DNA of 63,865 bases, counting the filler, from Vicugna vicugna (lineage: Eukaryota): assembly GCA_013265495.1 (NCBI GenBank). It is 83 parts of 78 records of this genome, joined end to end, with 100 filler letters (N's around TTAATTAATTAA, not from the genome) between each part and the next. Parts side by side here need not be neighbours in the genome. Positions count along the whole stretch, not along the records: positions 1 to 583 come from MU060215.1; positions 684 to 1,381 come from MU060216.1; positions 1,482 to 1,945 come from MU060217.1; positions 2,046 to 2,860 come from PNXW01013360.1; positions 2,961 to 4,098 come from MU060218.1; positions 4,199 to 4,964 come from MU060219.1; positions 5,065 to 5,857 come from MU060220.1; positions 5,958 to 6,699 come from MU060221.1; 75 more parts are not named here. One strand, given 5' to 3'. A program made the position numbers and the translations under genes. The notes under the pieces are model-generated. The model saw only the letters and a program-made list of their open reading frames with translations, made no database searches and was not told the origin of the DNA. Each line of letters starts with the position of its first letter. Position 1 is the stretch's first letter. This document shows positions 1-11,550 of this stretch, in pieces.

Positions 1-59
1 CTTACACAGCCCTAAATATAGTCAATGATAACAATAATAATAACACAACTTTTTAAAAA

Positions 60-583
60 CACTTTTTATTGAGTTATAATCATTTTACAATGTTGTGTCA
101 TATTCCAGTGTAGAGCACAATTTTTCAGTCATACATAAACATACATATATTCGTTGTCACGTTTTTTTCTTTGTGAGCTACCATAAGATCTTGTGTATAT
201 TTCCCTGTGCTATACNNNNNNNNNNNNNNNNNNNNNNNNNNNNNNNNNNNNNNNNNNNNNNNNNNNNNAACCACAAGTTTCTACATCTGTGAGTCTATTT
301 CTGCTTTGTATTTATGTTTTGTTTTTTTGTTTTAGATTCCACATACGAGCAATCTCATATGGTATTTTTCTTTCTCTTTCTGGCTAACCTAACTTAGAAT
401 GACATTCTCCAGGAGCATCCATGTTGCTGCAAATGGGATTATGTTGTTGGTTTTTATGGCTGAGTAGTATTCCATTGTATAAATATACCACATCTTCTTC
501 ATCCAGTCATCTGTTGATGGACATTTAGGATGTGTCCGTGTCTTGGCTATTGTAAATAGTGCTGCTATGAACATTGGGGTGCA
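60..583 (-). mobile_element. LINE-1 3' end (ORF2 C-terminus and 3'UTR)
   Basis: ORF 389-574(-) MFIAALFTIAKT..PKCPSTDDWMKKMWYIYTMEYYSAIK..FAATW..LENVILS is the typical L1 ORF2 C-terminus. Confidence 0.93.
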
Positions 584-683
584 NNNNNNNNNNNNNNNNN
601 NNNNNNNNNNNNNNNNNNNNNNNNNNNTTAATTAATTAANNNNNNNNNNNNNNNNNNNNNNNNNNNNNNNNNNNNNNNNNNNN
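584..683. other. Artificial 100-bp scaffold spacer (first of about 82 in the window)
   Basis: 44 N + TTAATTAATTAA (628-639) + 44 N. The identical structure recurs between all fragments, and the 12-mer gives stop codons in all six frames. Confidence 0.98.
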
Positions 684-1311
684 AGTTGTTTCTGAGATGA
701 TTGTAATGATTCAGTAACGGGCGCAGCGAGTGCTGGCAGGTAGCTGGTGCTTTAGGAGCAGAAGTCGCAGTCACTCTGTCAGCCTCTCCCTGTGCGCTCT
801 GTGCTTTGAGAAGTTGTGTGTTTGGTGAAAGTCCCGCCCAGACCCTAGGGTCTAGATGAACTGTTGTTCCTTTACTTTCCCTTCCTNNNNNNNNNNNNNN
901 NNNNNNNNNNNNNNNNNNNNNNNNNNNNNNNNNNNNNNNNNNNNNNNNNNNNNNNNNNNNNNNNNNNNNNNNNNNNNNNNNNNNNNNNNNNNNNNNNNNN
1001 NNNNNNNNNNNNNNNNNNNNNNNNNNNNNNNNNNNNNNNNNNNNNNNNNNNNNNNNNNNNNNNNNNNNNNNNNNNNNNNNNNNNNNNNNNNNNNNNNNNN
1101 NNNNNNNNNNNNNNNNNNNNNNNNNNNNNNNNNNNNNNNNNNNNNNNNNNNNNNNNNNNNNNNNNNNNNNNNNNNNNNNNNNNNNNNNNNNNNNNNNNNN
1201 NNNNNNNNNNNNNNNNNNNNNNNNNNNNNNNNNNNNNNNNNNNNNNNNNNNNNNNNNNNNNNNNNNNNNNNNNNNNNNNNNNNNNNNNNNNNNNNNNNNN
1301 NNNNNNNNNNN

Positions 1312-1381
1312 GCATCCCGGAGCCTGGCGGGAAGGCCTGTTCCCGACTCCTCCTGCAGACGCTTCCTGGCTACAGTCTGTC
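1312..1381 (+). pseudogene. TRAPPC9: TRAPPC9-like exon fragment (diverged paralog; gene or pseudogene undetermined)
   Basis: Translates IPEPGGKACSRLLLQTLPGYSL, versus human TRAPPC9 [22 protein letters not shown] (recalled). A pyrimidine tract at 868-886 lies just before the gap. Confidence 0.75.
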
Positions 1382-2045
1382 NNNNNNNNNNNNNNNNNNN
1401 NNNNNNNNNNNNNNNNNNNNNNNNNTTAATTAATTAANNNNNNNNNNNNNNNNNNNNNNNNNNNNNNNNNNNNNNNNNNNNAAACTGATAAAGAGCTCGC
1501 TTTTTCAGGAATAAGCATGGAGAAAAGAGTGTGGTGATGGTTGAAAGTGGAAGCCCATCTGAGAAATGGTAAAAACATGCATCTCAATGAATCCGAGTTA
1601 TGGCGAAAAGAAGGAGGAAGGTTAAGGAAATCTCTATTAATATCCATTCACCATACAAGACTAGCCAGCCATAAAAAGACNNNNNNNNNNNNNNNNNNNN
1701 NNNNNNNNNNNNNNNNNNNNNNNNNNNNNNNNNNNNNNNNNNNNNNNNNNNNNNNNNNNNNNNNNNNNNNNNNNNNNNNNNNNNNNNNNNNNNNNNNNNN
1801 NNNNNNNNNNNNNNNNNNNNNNNNNNNNNNNNNNNNNNNAAAAAAATTATTATGTGTCAGGTTGATTGGGAAATCCCAATAAGTAAATGACTCAAAAGTA
1901 GGAAAGACATGGGATTAAATAGTGGTAGTGAGATATGAAATTCAANNNNNNNNNNNNNNNNNNNNNNNNNNNNNNNNNNNNNNNNNNNNTTAATTAATTA
2001 ANNNNNNNNNNNNNNNNNNNNNNNNNNNNNNNNNNNNNNNNNNNN

Positions 2046-2860
2046 AACATGGAATGCAGAACACAGAATTTCGAATATAAATACAAAATAGTGAATGTAG
2101 GATTTTGAATATAGAATGGAGAACACAATATATAATAGAGTATACAGAACCCAGAATTTAAAACATGGAATCCAGAACAAAGAATTTAGAATATAGAAAA
2201 CAGAATACTGAATATAGAATTTAGAATATAGAATGTAGAACACAGAATAAAGAATATAGAATATAGATTATAGAACCCAGAGTTTAGAACATGGAATGCA
2301 TAACACAGAATTGAATATAGCATACGGAATACTTAATATAGAATTTAGAATATAGAATGTAGAACACAGAATTTATAATATAAAATAAAAGAATCCAGAA
2401 TAAACAACATGCTATGCAGAACACAGAATTTAGAATATAGATTACATAATACTGAATATAGAATTTAGAATATAGAATGTAGAATACAGAATTTATAATA
2501 TAGAATACAGAAACCTGAATATACTATTTTGAATATAGAATGTAAAACACAGATATACAATAAGAATATACTATATAAAACCCAGAATTTAGATCATGGA
2601 ATGCAAAACACAGTAATTAGAATATATAATACAGTATACTGATCATAGAAGTTAGAACATAGAATGCAGAACACAGAATTTAGAATATGGAATACAGAAT
2701 AATGAATATGGAATGGAGAACATGGAGTGCAGAACACAGAATATAGAATATATAATACAGAATACTGAATATACAATTTAGAATATAGAATGTAAAACAC
2801 AGAAATTAGAATATTTAATAAAGAATACTGAATATAGAGTTTAGAATATAGAATGTAGAA
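2046..2860 (+). repeat. SatE heptamer satellite (AGAATAT/AGAATAC/AGAACAC/AGAATTT/GGAATGC variants)
   Basis: 7-bp register of xGAAxxx units across the fragment. Confidence 0.92.
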
Positions 2861-2960
2861 NNNNNNNNNNNNNNNNNNNNNNNNNNNNNNNNNNNNNNNN
2901 NNNNTTAATTAATTAANNNNNNNNNNNNNNNNNNNNNNNNNNNNNNNNNNNNNNNNNNNN

Positions 2961-4098
2961 TCTTCAGTCACAGGTGTTCCCTGTCCGGGGAAGTCAGAGA
3001 AATAAATTCCCTGACCTTCAAAAGGCAGCCTCTGACACTGGGATATCCTGCAATCACCCCTAGCATTCCCTGGCACAGAGACATTAGGAAAATCCTCAGG
3101 GGAAACGAGCTTAGGCATTCCGTTGGATCCCACGCGCTGCCGACCNNNNNNNNNNNNNNNNNNNNNNNNNNNNNNNNNNNNNNNNNNNNNNNNNNNNNNN
3201 NNNNNNNNNNNNNNNNNNNNNNNNNNNNNNNNNNNNNNNNNNNNNNNNNNNNNNNNNNNNNNNNNNNNNNNNNNNNNNNNNNNNNNNNNNNNNNNNNNNN
3301 NNNNNNNNNNNNNNNNNNNNNNNNNNNNNNNNNNNNNNNNNNNNNNNNNNNNNNNNNNNNNNNNNNNNNNNNNNNNNNNNNNNNNNNNNNNNNNNNNNNN
3401 NNNNNNNNNNNNNNNNNNNNNNNNNNNNNNNNNNNNNNNNNNNNNNNNNNNNNNNNNNNNNNNNNNNNNNNNNNNNNNNNNNNNNNNNNNNNNNNNNNNN
3501 NNNNNNNNNNNNNNNNNNNNNNNNNNNNNNNNNNNNNNNNNNNNNNNNNNNNNNNNNNNNNNNNNNNNNNNNNNNNNNNNNNNNNNNNNNNNNNNNNNNN
3601 NNNNNNNNNNNNNNNNNNNNNNNNNNNNNNNNNNNNNNNNNNNNNNNNNNNNNNNNNNNNNNNNNNNNNNNNNNNNNNNNNNNNNNNNNNNNNNNNNNNN
3701 NNNNNNNNNNNNNNNNNNNNNNNNNNNNNNNNNNNNNNNNNNNNNNNNNNNNNNNNNNNNNNNNNNNNNNNNNNNNNNNNNNNNNNNNNNNNNNNNNNNN
3801 NNNNNNNNNNNNNNNNNNNNNNNNNNNNNNNNNNNNNNNNNNNNNNNNNNNNNNNNNNNNNNNNNNNNNNNNNNNNNNNNNCGAGCTTAGGCATTCCGTT
3901 AGAACCTACGCGCTGCCAACAGTTGGTGGAACCTCCCCACGCTCAGGATTCCGGAAACATTGTCAGTGTGTGGGCGAGCTCGATAGACAACTCCACGCAG
4001 CTCTCTTCAGTCACAGGTGTTCCCTGTTGGCCGAAGTCTGAGAAATAACTTCGGTGACCTTGGGGAGGCAGCCTCGGACACTGGGATATCCTGCAATC
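2961..4098 (+). repeat. SatA satellite (266-267 bp monomer)
   Basis: Carries the diagnostic GGGATATCCTGCAATC, GGCACAGAGAC and CTCAGGATTCCGGAA motifs shared with many other fragments. Confidence 0.93.
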
Positions 4099-4198
4099 NN
4101 NNNNNNNNNNNNNNNNNNNNNNNNNNNNNNNNNNNNNNNNNNTTAATTAATTAANNNNNNNNNNNNNNNNNNNNNNNNNNNNNNNNNNNNNNNNNNNN

Positions 4199-4964
4199 AA
4201 ACTTAAAGAAGGAATCAGATATCCAAGTACAGGAAGCTAAGAGTGTTCCAAACAGGAAGAATACAATTACACCCACACCAATATATTTAATTAAGATGGT
4301 GAGAGTCAAGGATAAAGAAATTATCCTAAGGACAGCAAGAGAATAGTAAAGTATGAGTTACAAGGGAATCCCCATAAGGCTACCAGCTGATTTCTCTACA
4401 CAAATACTACAGCCCAGAAGGGAGTGGCAAGATATATTCAGTCCTGAATGAAAAAAATTATATACAGTAGTATACTTTGACCAGCAATGCTATTCTATTT
4501 GGTAAATATAGAAATAAAGGATTTCACAACAAGAAAAAGCTTAAAGAGTTTAGTAACACTAGACCCATGCTAAAAGAATTATTGAAAGGTCTACTTTAAA
4601 AAGAAAAGCAGCAGGATGCTACAGAAATATGAAACTCACAACTTGAAATGTGATGATTCATGAATTACAAATAAAATAAACAAAAAATTTTAAAACAAGG
4701 CATACAAATCATTGAGAGTCGGAGAGGGAGGCAGGAAAATAGAGAAATTTTTNNNNNNNNNNNNNNNNNNNNNNNNNNNNNNNNNNTAGGATGGGTATCA
4801 TCTTACTATCCGTTTAATAGAAGCAGTTATAGTAATGGCCTAATGGACTTATAAAAAAGGGTAACAAGAAGACAAAAACTTATCAGGAAGTCACTAAAAC
4901 TAAGTAAAATTCTTGACACTACAAAGGAAAATAACCAAACCATAAAAGGAAGATGAAAGGAACA
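4199..4964 (+). mobile_element. LINE-1 ORF1 3' half and inter-ORF spacer, decayed
   Basis: Segments read DIQVQEA..VPNR, KDKEIILRTARE, YKGIPIRLPADFSTQILQPRREWQDIF, the L1 ORF1 consensus, with stops and frameshifts. Confidence 0.9.
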
Positions 4965-5064
4965 NNNNNNNNNNNNNNNNNNNNNNNNNNNNNNNNNNNN
5001 NNNNNNNNTTAATTAATTAANNNNNNNNNNNNNNNNNNNNNNNNNNNNNNNNNNNNNNNNNNNN

Positions 5065-5857
5065 CCTGATATTACGTGATCAGTAGAGTTGAAGAAGTAC
5101 AGTAAAAAACAATAAGTACCATTTTCAGTTCCAAAGATATTGAAGACCCAAAAGATAAGCTTTCAAACAACTAGACTGCAAAACGCTATCCAGACCAAGT
5201 GTTGAAAATGGAGGTCAGGAAAACACTGAAGAACAAAAGGGTCTCAGAATCACAAAAGGCAGAATANNNNNNNNNNNNNNNNNNNNNNNNNNNNNNNNNN
5301 NNNNNNNNNNNNNNNNNNNNNNNNNNNNNNNNNNNNNNNNNNNNNNNNNNNNNNNNNNNNNNNNNNNNNNNNNNNNNNNNNNNNNNNNNNNNNNNNNNNN
5401 NNNNNNNNNNNNNNNNNNNNNNNNNNNNNNNNNNNNNNNNNNNNNNNNNNNNNNNNNNAGCAAGTGCAAACCAATGAAAACATTGGTGTTGAATCCTGGG
5501 TTAAGACAGGGCATGAAAGACTAGAATTCATTAGAGTCCCAGATGGAAAAGCAAGAGATAAAAAACAAAAAATGTCTGAGAACTTATCTGTTGGAATATC
5601 AGACTGAAACTTGCTGAAAGCCAAGAAAGAGTCATCTATGCAAATTCAGGAAGTACACAGCGTCCAAAGGAGGTGGAATCCCTATAGACCTTCCAGCAGC
5701 GGTATGATTCAAATCAACAAAGTTCACGAATATCCCATTGATTTAAAATGCACCTGGAGGAAACAACATAGTCACAATGGAACCTGCAGAGAGGTTTCAG
5801 CTGATATCTCGTCAGCAATATTGCAGGACATGGAGGAGTGCCAGGACATAATTCACA
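5065..5857 (+). mobile_element. Heavily decayed L1 ORF1, member of a secondarily amplified family
   Basis: IQEVHSVQRRWNPYRP and VSADISSAILQDMEECQDII align to L1 ORF1. 5616-5850 closely matches 59135-59370. Confidence 0.75.
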
Positions 5858-5957
5858 NNNNNNNNNNNNNNNNNNNNNNNNNNNNNNNNNNNNNNNNNNN
5901 NTTAATTAATTAANNNNNNNNNNNNNNNNNNNNNNNNNNNNNNNNNNNNNNNNNNNN

Positions 5958-6193
5958 CTCTGCATGTGGAGCTTCTCCAAGGCCTTGGCAGAGATACAGT
6001 CGATAATGGTGACAAGGCCCATGACCTTGCAGTGTTTCTGGAAGACGCTCCACCCATTCTCGGGCACATAGCGGTGCCTGTAGTGGATACAGAGTGTCCA
6101 CTGGGAGCCACATGGGATGATATGGCTCACCGAGGTGAGTAGCTGATAGATGCAAAAGAAATTCTCCTCTGAGATGATCTCCATGGTTTGGAC
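5958..6193 (-). CDS. TRAPPC9: TRAPPC9-like N-terminal coding fragment, diverged paralog with open frame (partial; may be a pseudogene)
   Basis: VQTMEIISEENFFCIYQLLTSVSHII..SQWTLCIHYRHRYVPENGWSVFQKHCKVMGLVTIIDCISAKALEKLHMQ versus human [79 protein letters not shown] (recalled). No stop in 78 codons. Confidence 0.85.
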
Positions 6194-6799
6194 NNNNNNN
6201 NNNNNNNNNNNNNNNNNNNNNNNNNNNNNNNNNNNNNNNNNNNNNNNNNNNNNNNNNNNNNNNNNNNNNNNNNNNNNNNNNNNNNNNNNNNNNNNNNNNN
6301 NNNNNNNNNNNNNNNNNNNNNNNNNNNNNNNNNNNNNNNNNNNNNNNNNNNNNNNNNNNNNNNNNNNNNNNNNNNNNNNNNNNNNNNNNNNNNNNNNNNN
6401 NNNNNNNNNNNNNNNNNNNNNNNNNNNNNNNNNNNNNNNNNNNNNNNNNNNNNNNNNNNNNNNNNNNNNTGTCATTTCTTATTTTATATTTCCAAGCATC
6501 TAGCAAGGCTCTGATATAAAGTCACTACTCAACAATGCTGAATAAAGAAATGAACAAAGGATATGCTTTCCCCAAATCCCTTCAGCAGAATATAAAGAAA
6601 AGGACCACAGTAGGATCAAATGATCTGGAATTCTATTCAATTTATTTGACCCCTTTAGCTTCATAGTAATGGATAAGAAAACTTGCCTTGGGGTAGAGGN
6701 NNNNNNNNNNNNNNNNNNNNNNNNNNNNNNNNNNNNNNNNNNNTTAATTAATTAANNNNNNNNNNNNNNNNNNNNNNNNNNNNNNNNNNNNNNNNNNNN

Positions 6800-7040
6800 C
6801 CGTGGTCTAAGCTTTGAAGGGCCCGTGGTCTGGGGGAGCTCCTATTTAGCAGACACACTTGTCAGTGAGCAGATGAGGATGGAGGATCCCAGGAAAGGCG
6901 CTTCTCAAAAGCCCAGAAGACTCAAGTTTCTCCCGTGGTCTAAGCTTTGAAGGGCCCGTGGTCTGGGGGAGCTCCTATTTAGCAGACACACTTGTCAGTG
7001 AGCAGATGAGGATGGAGGATCCCAGGAAAGGCGCTTCTCA
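6800..7040. repeat. Exact ~108-bp direct duplication (period 133 bp)
   Basis: CCGTGGTCTAAGCTTTG...GGCGCTTCTCAA starts at both 6800 and 6933. Confidence 0.9.
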
Positions 7041-7593
7041 ATCCGACCCCTGGGCTCTCGGGAGCCACATAGTCAGCATTGGTGGCCAAACCTTTCCACC
7101 GGGTGAGATGAACCATGGTGGGGGTGAGAATCCAAGGTCCTAGGTCGGCCAAAGCATCTTCCTTCACGGTTGACTGGGGTGTTGGAGACGAGACTCNNNN
7201 NNNNNNNNNNNNNNNNNNNNNNNNNNNNNNNNNNNNNNNNNNNNNNNNNNNNNNNNNNNNNNNNNNNNNNNNNNNNNNNNNNNNNNNNNNNNNNNNNNNN
7301 NNNNNNNNNNNNNNNNNNNNNNNNNNNNNNNNNNNNNNNNNNNNNNNNNNNNNNNNNNNNNNNNNACCACAGACCCTGAATGCCCACTGGCTGAAGCAGA
7401 GTGGAAGCTACGGCTCCTTTAGCAATCCCTATGTCCAACAGATCCAGGTGAGCCAGCTACTTAGGAGAAGGCCATGTTGTTCTGATCTGATACNNNNNNN
7501 NNNNNNNNNNNNNNNNNNNNNNNNNNNNNNNNNNNNNTTAATTAATTAANNNNNNNNNNNNNNNNNNNNNNNNNNNNNNNNNNNNNNNNNNNN

Positions 7594-7738
7594 CTTGAAG
7601 CTGTCGTCAAATTGTAAAAACGTGTCCTACCTGCCCTACGGCATTTTCTGTGCCACATTATGGGTAAATCCCGGTGGGCTTTTACCCAATCACCTCTGGC
7701 AAATGGATGTTACTCATATTAAAGAATTTCGTAACACT
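7594..7738 (+). mobile_element. Betaretrovirus-like (class II ERV) pol integrase fragment, frameshifted
   Basis: RQIVKTCPTC (zinc-binding CxxC), then a 1-nt frameshift into VNPGGLLPNHLWQMDVTHIKEF, the first catalytic Asp motif of betaretroviral integrase. Confidence 0.9.
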
Positions 7739-7838
7739 NNNNNNNNNNNNNNNNNNNNNNNNNNNNNNNNNNNNNNNNNNNNTTAATTAATTAANNNNNN
7801 NNNNNNNNNNNNNNNNNNNNNNNNNNNNNNNNNNNNNN

Positions 7839-8579
7839 CAGGGGTCACAGTAATTCCCAAGTTGTGGGTTGTAGTTTAAATATGTCCACTACCCATTGAG
7901 ATGCACACGCTAATACATAGTTTTAGAGCCCAAATCCCACTTTCAACCACACACTGGCCTAGGCAAACCATCAGGGAAGACAAGCAAAGGGATTCTATTA
8001 AAACCAAGACGCTGATGTCAGTTGGAGGAACTACCCCACCCTCAGGATACTGGAACCCAACCTTGTGTGGTGGGGAGATTTGAAGCCCCACTCCACGCAG
8101 ATGAATGGGTGCTCAGGTGTTTCCCTTTATGGAGAATTCATCTAAATACTTCCTCAGTCCATCGGGGACACTCGCTACTATTTGGCCTCAAAGACCAAAC
8201 CCCAGGTTTCTCTCAGAGTCAGTCCTAGGGAAACACTCAAACAAGCTAAGGGATTCCATTAGAACCCAGCAGCTTCTGACACCTGAAATTGCCAGTCCAC
8301 ACTCAGGATAGCAGAAAACTTCTTCATGTGTGTTCTTTTGGTTGGGATACAGAGTCCACGCTTTTTTCAAAGAGCACAGGTGTTCCCATGTTGTGGGGTT
8401 TTGGTTAATATCCTCCAAATCCCATGGAGAAGCACTCGCTAATACTTGGAATTAGAGCCCAACCCACCCTTTCCCCAGCACTCCGTATCAGGCAACCAAA
8501 CAGGGTAGACAAGTTAAGCGATTTTATAATAAAAAAGCCATGCTCTCAGTTGGAGGAGGCTGCCCACTCTCAGGATAAC
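7839..8579 (+). repeat. SatB satellite (diverged relative of SatA)
   Basis: CTCAGGATA anchors at 8041, 8302 and 8569 (spacing 261 and 267). The last monomer closely matches 45379-45609. Confidence 0.85.
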
Positions 8580-8679
8580 NNNNNNNNNNNNNNNNNNNNN
8601 NNNNNNNNNNNNNNNNNNNNNNNTTAATTAATTAANNNNNNNNNNNNNNNNNNNNNNNNNNNNNNNNNNNNNNNNNNNN

Positions 8680-9162
8680 AATGCTAGGGGGGGGTTGCAG
8701 GATATCCCAGTGGCAGAGGCTGCCCCCACAAGGTCAGGGAAGTTGTTTCTCGGACTACCCCGACCAGGGAAAACCTGTGACTGAAGAGAGCTGCGTGGAG
8801 TTGTCTCTCGAGCTCCCCCACTCTATCACTATGGTTCCGGAATCCTGAGCGTGGGGAGGTTCCACCAACGGTCGGCAGCGCGTGGGTTCTAAGGGAATGC
8901 CTGTGCTCGNNNNNNNNNNNNNNNNNNNNNNNNNNNNNNNNNNNNNNNNNNNNNNNNGATAATCCCAGTGACCGAGGCTGCCTCCCCAAAGGCAGGGAAG
9001 ATATTTCTCGGACTGCCCCGAGCAGGGAACACCTGTGACTGAAGAGAGCTGCGTGGAGTTGTCTCTCGAGCTTCCCCACTCAATGAATATGGTTCCGGAA
9101 TCCTGAGCGTGGAGATTTTCCAGCAACGGTCGGCAGCGCGTGGGTTCTAAGGGAATGCCTGT
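8680..9162 (-). repeat. SatA satellite
   Basis: Reverse-oriented SatA motifs (TTCCGGAATCCTGAGCGTGG, GGTCGGCAGCGCGTGGGTTCTAA). Confidence 0.93.
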
Positions 9163-9262
9163 NNNNNNNNNNNNNNNNNNNNNNNNNNNNNNNNNNNNNN
9201 NNNNNNTTAATTAATTAANNNNNNNNNNNNNNNNNNNNNNNNNNNNNNNNNNNNNNNNNNNN

Positions 9263-10399
9263 ACATGGAATGCAGAACATAGAATATAGAATATAGAATA
9301 CAGAATAATGAATATAGAATTTACAAGATAGAATGTACAACTCAGAATATAGAATAGAGAATATACAACAGAGAATTTAGAACATGGAATGCAGAACATA
9401 GAATATAGAATATAGAATACAGAAGACTGTATATATTACTTAGAATATAGAATGTAGAACACAGAATATAGAATAAAGAATAGAGAATTTAGAACATGGA
9501 ATGCAGAACATAGAATATAGAATATAGAATACAGAAGACTGTATATATTACTTAGAATATAGAATGTAGAACACAGAATATAGAATAAAGAATAGAGAAT
9601 TTAGAACATGGAATGCAGTACACAGTATTTAGAATATAGAATACAGAAGACTGTATATATTACTTAGAATATAGAATGTAGAACACAGAATATAGAATAT
9701 AGAATACGGAATGCAGAATATAGTATGTAGAATATAGAATGAAGTACACAAAGTGTAGAATATAAAATAGAGAATATAGAACCCAGAATTTAGAACACGG
9801 AATGTAGAACACAGAATTTAGAATATAGAATTCAGAATACTGAATATAGAAATTAGGATATAACATGAAGAACACAGAATATAGAATAAACATTAGAGAA
9901 TATAGAGACCAGAAATTAGAACATGGAAAAAGACACAGAATATAGAATATAGAATACAGAATACTGAATATAGNNNNNNNNNNNNNNNNNNNNNNNNNNN
10001 NNNNNNNNNNNNNNNNNNNNNNNNNNNNNNNNNNNNNNNNNNNNNNNNNNNNNNNNNNNNNNNNNNNNNNNNNNNNNNNNNNNNNNNNNNNNNNNNNNNN
10101 NNNNNNNNNNNNAGAACAAAGAATTCAGATTATAGAATACAGAATACCTAATATAGGATTTAGAATATAGAATGTAGAACACAGAATTAAAAATATAGAA
10201 TACAGAATACTGAATATAGAATTTAGAACATGGAATGAAGAACACAGAATTTAGAATGCAGAATACAGAATACTGAATATAGAATTTAGAATATAGAATG
10301 CAGAACAGAGAATACAGAATATAAAATACAGAATACTGAATATAGAATTTACACCATGGAATGCAGAACACAAAATTTAGAATATAGATAAAGAATATA
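9263..10399 (+). repeat. SatE heptamer satellite with a 112-bp sub-period
   Basis: AGAAGACTGT at 9421, 9533 and 9645 (112 = 16x7). Confidence 0.92.
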
Positions 10400-10499
10400 N
10401 NNNNNNNNNNNNNNNNNNNNNNNNNNNNNNNNNNNNNNNNNNNTTAATTAATTAANNNNNNNNNNNNNNNNNNNNNNNNNNNNNNNNNNNNNNNNNNNN

Positions 10500-10860
10500 A
10501 GTGAAATAAGTCAGAGGAAGATAAACAAATATTCTATGTATTAACTTATATGCATATCTAAAAAATAAAACAAATTAATGACTATAATAAAACAGAAATA
10601 GACTCACAGGTACACAGAACAGACTGGTGGTTACCAATGGGGAGAAGGAGAAGAGGGGAGGCAGGAAGGGGTTAGGGGATTGAGATGAGAAGAGGTAAAA
10701 AGTACTACGTATAAAATGGATAGGTTACAGGGCTGTATCATACAGCACAGGGAAATATAGCCATTATTTTATGGTGACTTTAAATGGAATATAATCTATG
10801 AAAATGTTGAGCCTCTATTTTGTACACCTGAAACTAATATGATGTAAATCAACGACTCAA
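10500..10860 (+). mobile_element. Older LINE-1 3' end and 3'UTR
   Basis: AGTGAAATAAGTCAGA...AGACTCACAG..GAACAGACTGGTGGTTACC...TGTACACCTGAAACTAAT is a typical L1 3'UTR. Confidence 0.85.
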
Positions 10861-10916
10861 TTACAAAATTTTTAATCAAAGTTTTCTTTTCATATTATTT
10901 GCAATAAGTTAGAAGC

Positions 10917-11205
10917 CAGCACTCTCAATAGAAACATAGTGCAAGTCACAATTTTCCAGTAATTCCATTTAGAAAATAAAAAGCAATAAGTGAAATTAAT
11001 TCCAGTAATAATTACATTTATCCCAAAATATCCAATACACTATCATTTCAAAAGTGTGATTGACACTTTTAAAACTTATTAATAATATTTTACATTATTT
11101 TTGTTGTACGAAGTCTTGAAAATCTATTATGTATTTTCCACTTATAGAACGTCTCAATTCACAATAGCCACATGTGGGCTCGTGGCTACCATACTAGACA
11201 GACCA
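10917..11205. mobile_element. MER33-like hAT-Charlie non-autonomous DNA transposon
   Basis: CAGCACTCTCAATAGAAA ... TATCATTTCAA ... AAGTCTTGAAATC ... AATAGCCACATGTGGGCTCGTGGCTACCATACTAGACAG follows the MER33 consensus as recalled. Confidence 0.8.
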
Positions 11206-11459
11206 GATTACACCATTCACANNNNNNNNNNNNNNNNNNNNNNNNNNNNNNNNNNNNNNNNNNNNTTAATTAATTAANNNNNNNNNNNNNNNNNNNNNNN
11301 NNNNNNNNNNNNNNNNNNNNNCATCACGGATCGAGCTCCGGCTAGGACTGCTGTGTTCTGACATCTGCCTCTGAGGCCTCACCAGGGTGAGAGCACTAAA
11401 TTCGGTCATTCATGAGCATCTTTTGTAAGTCCTCCATTTGTGCTTCTGACTCTCCCCTC

Positions 11460-11550
11460 ATCAGCTCCTCTGAGGGAAGCAATGTTATCATCTTCCCCAC
11501 TCACAGATAAGGCCACTGAGGCACAGAGACTAAACCCGTTCCAGGTCACA
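11460..11550 (-). mobile_element. MIR fragment
   Basis: CCCCACTCACAGATAAGGCCACTGAGGCACAGAG...AGGTCACA core. Confidence 0.7.
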
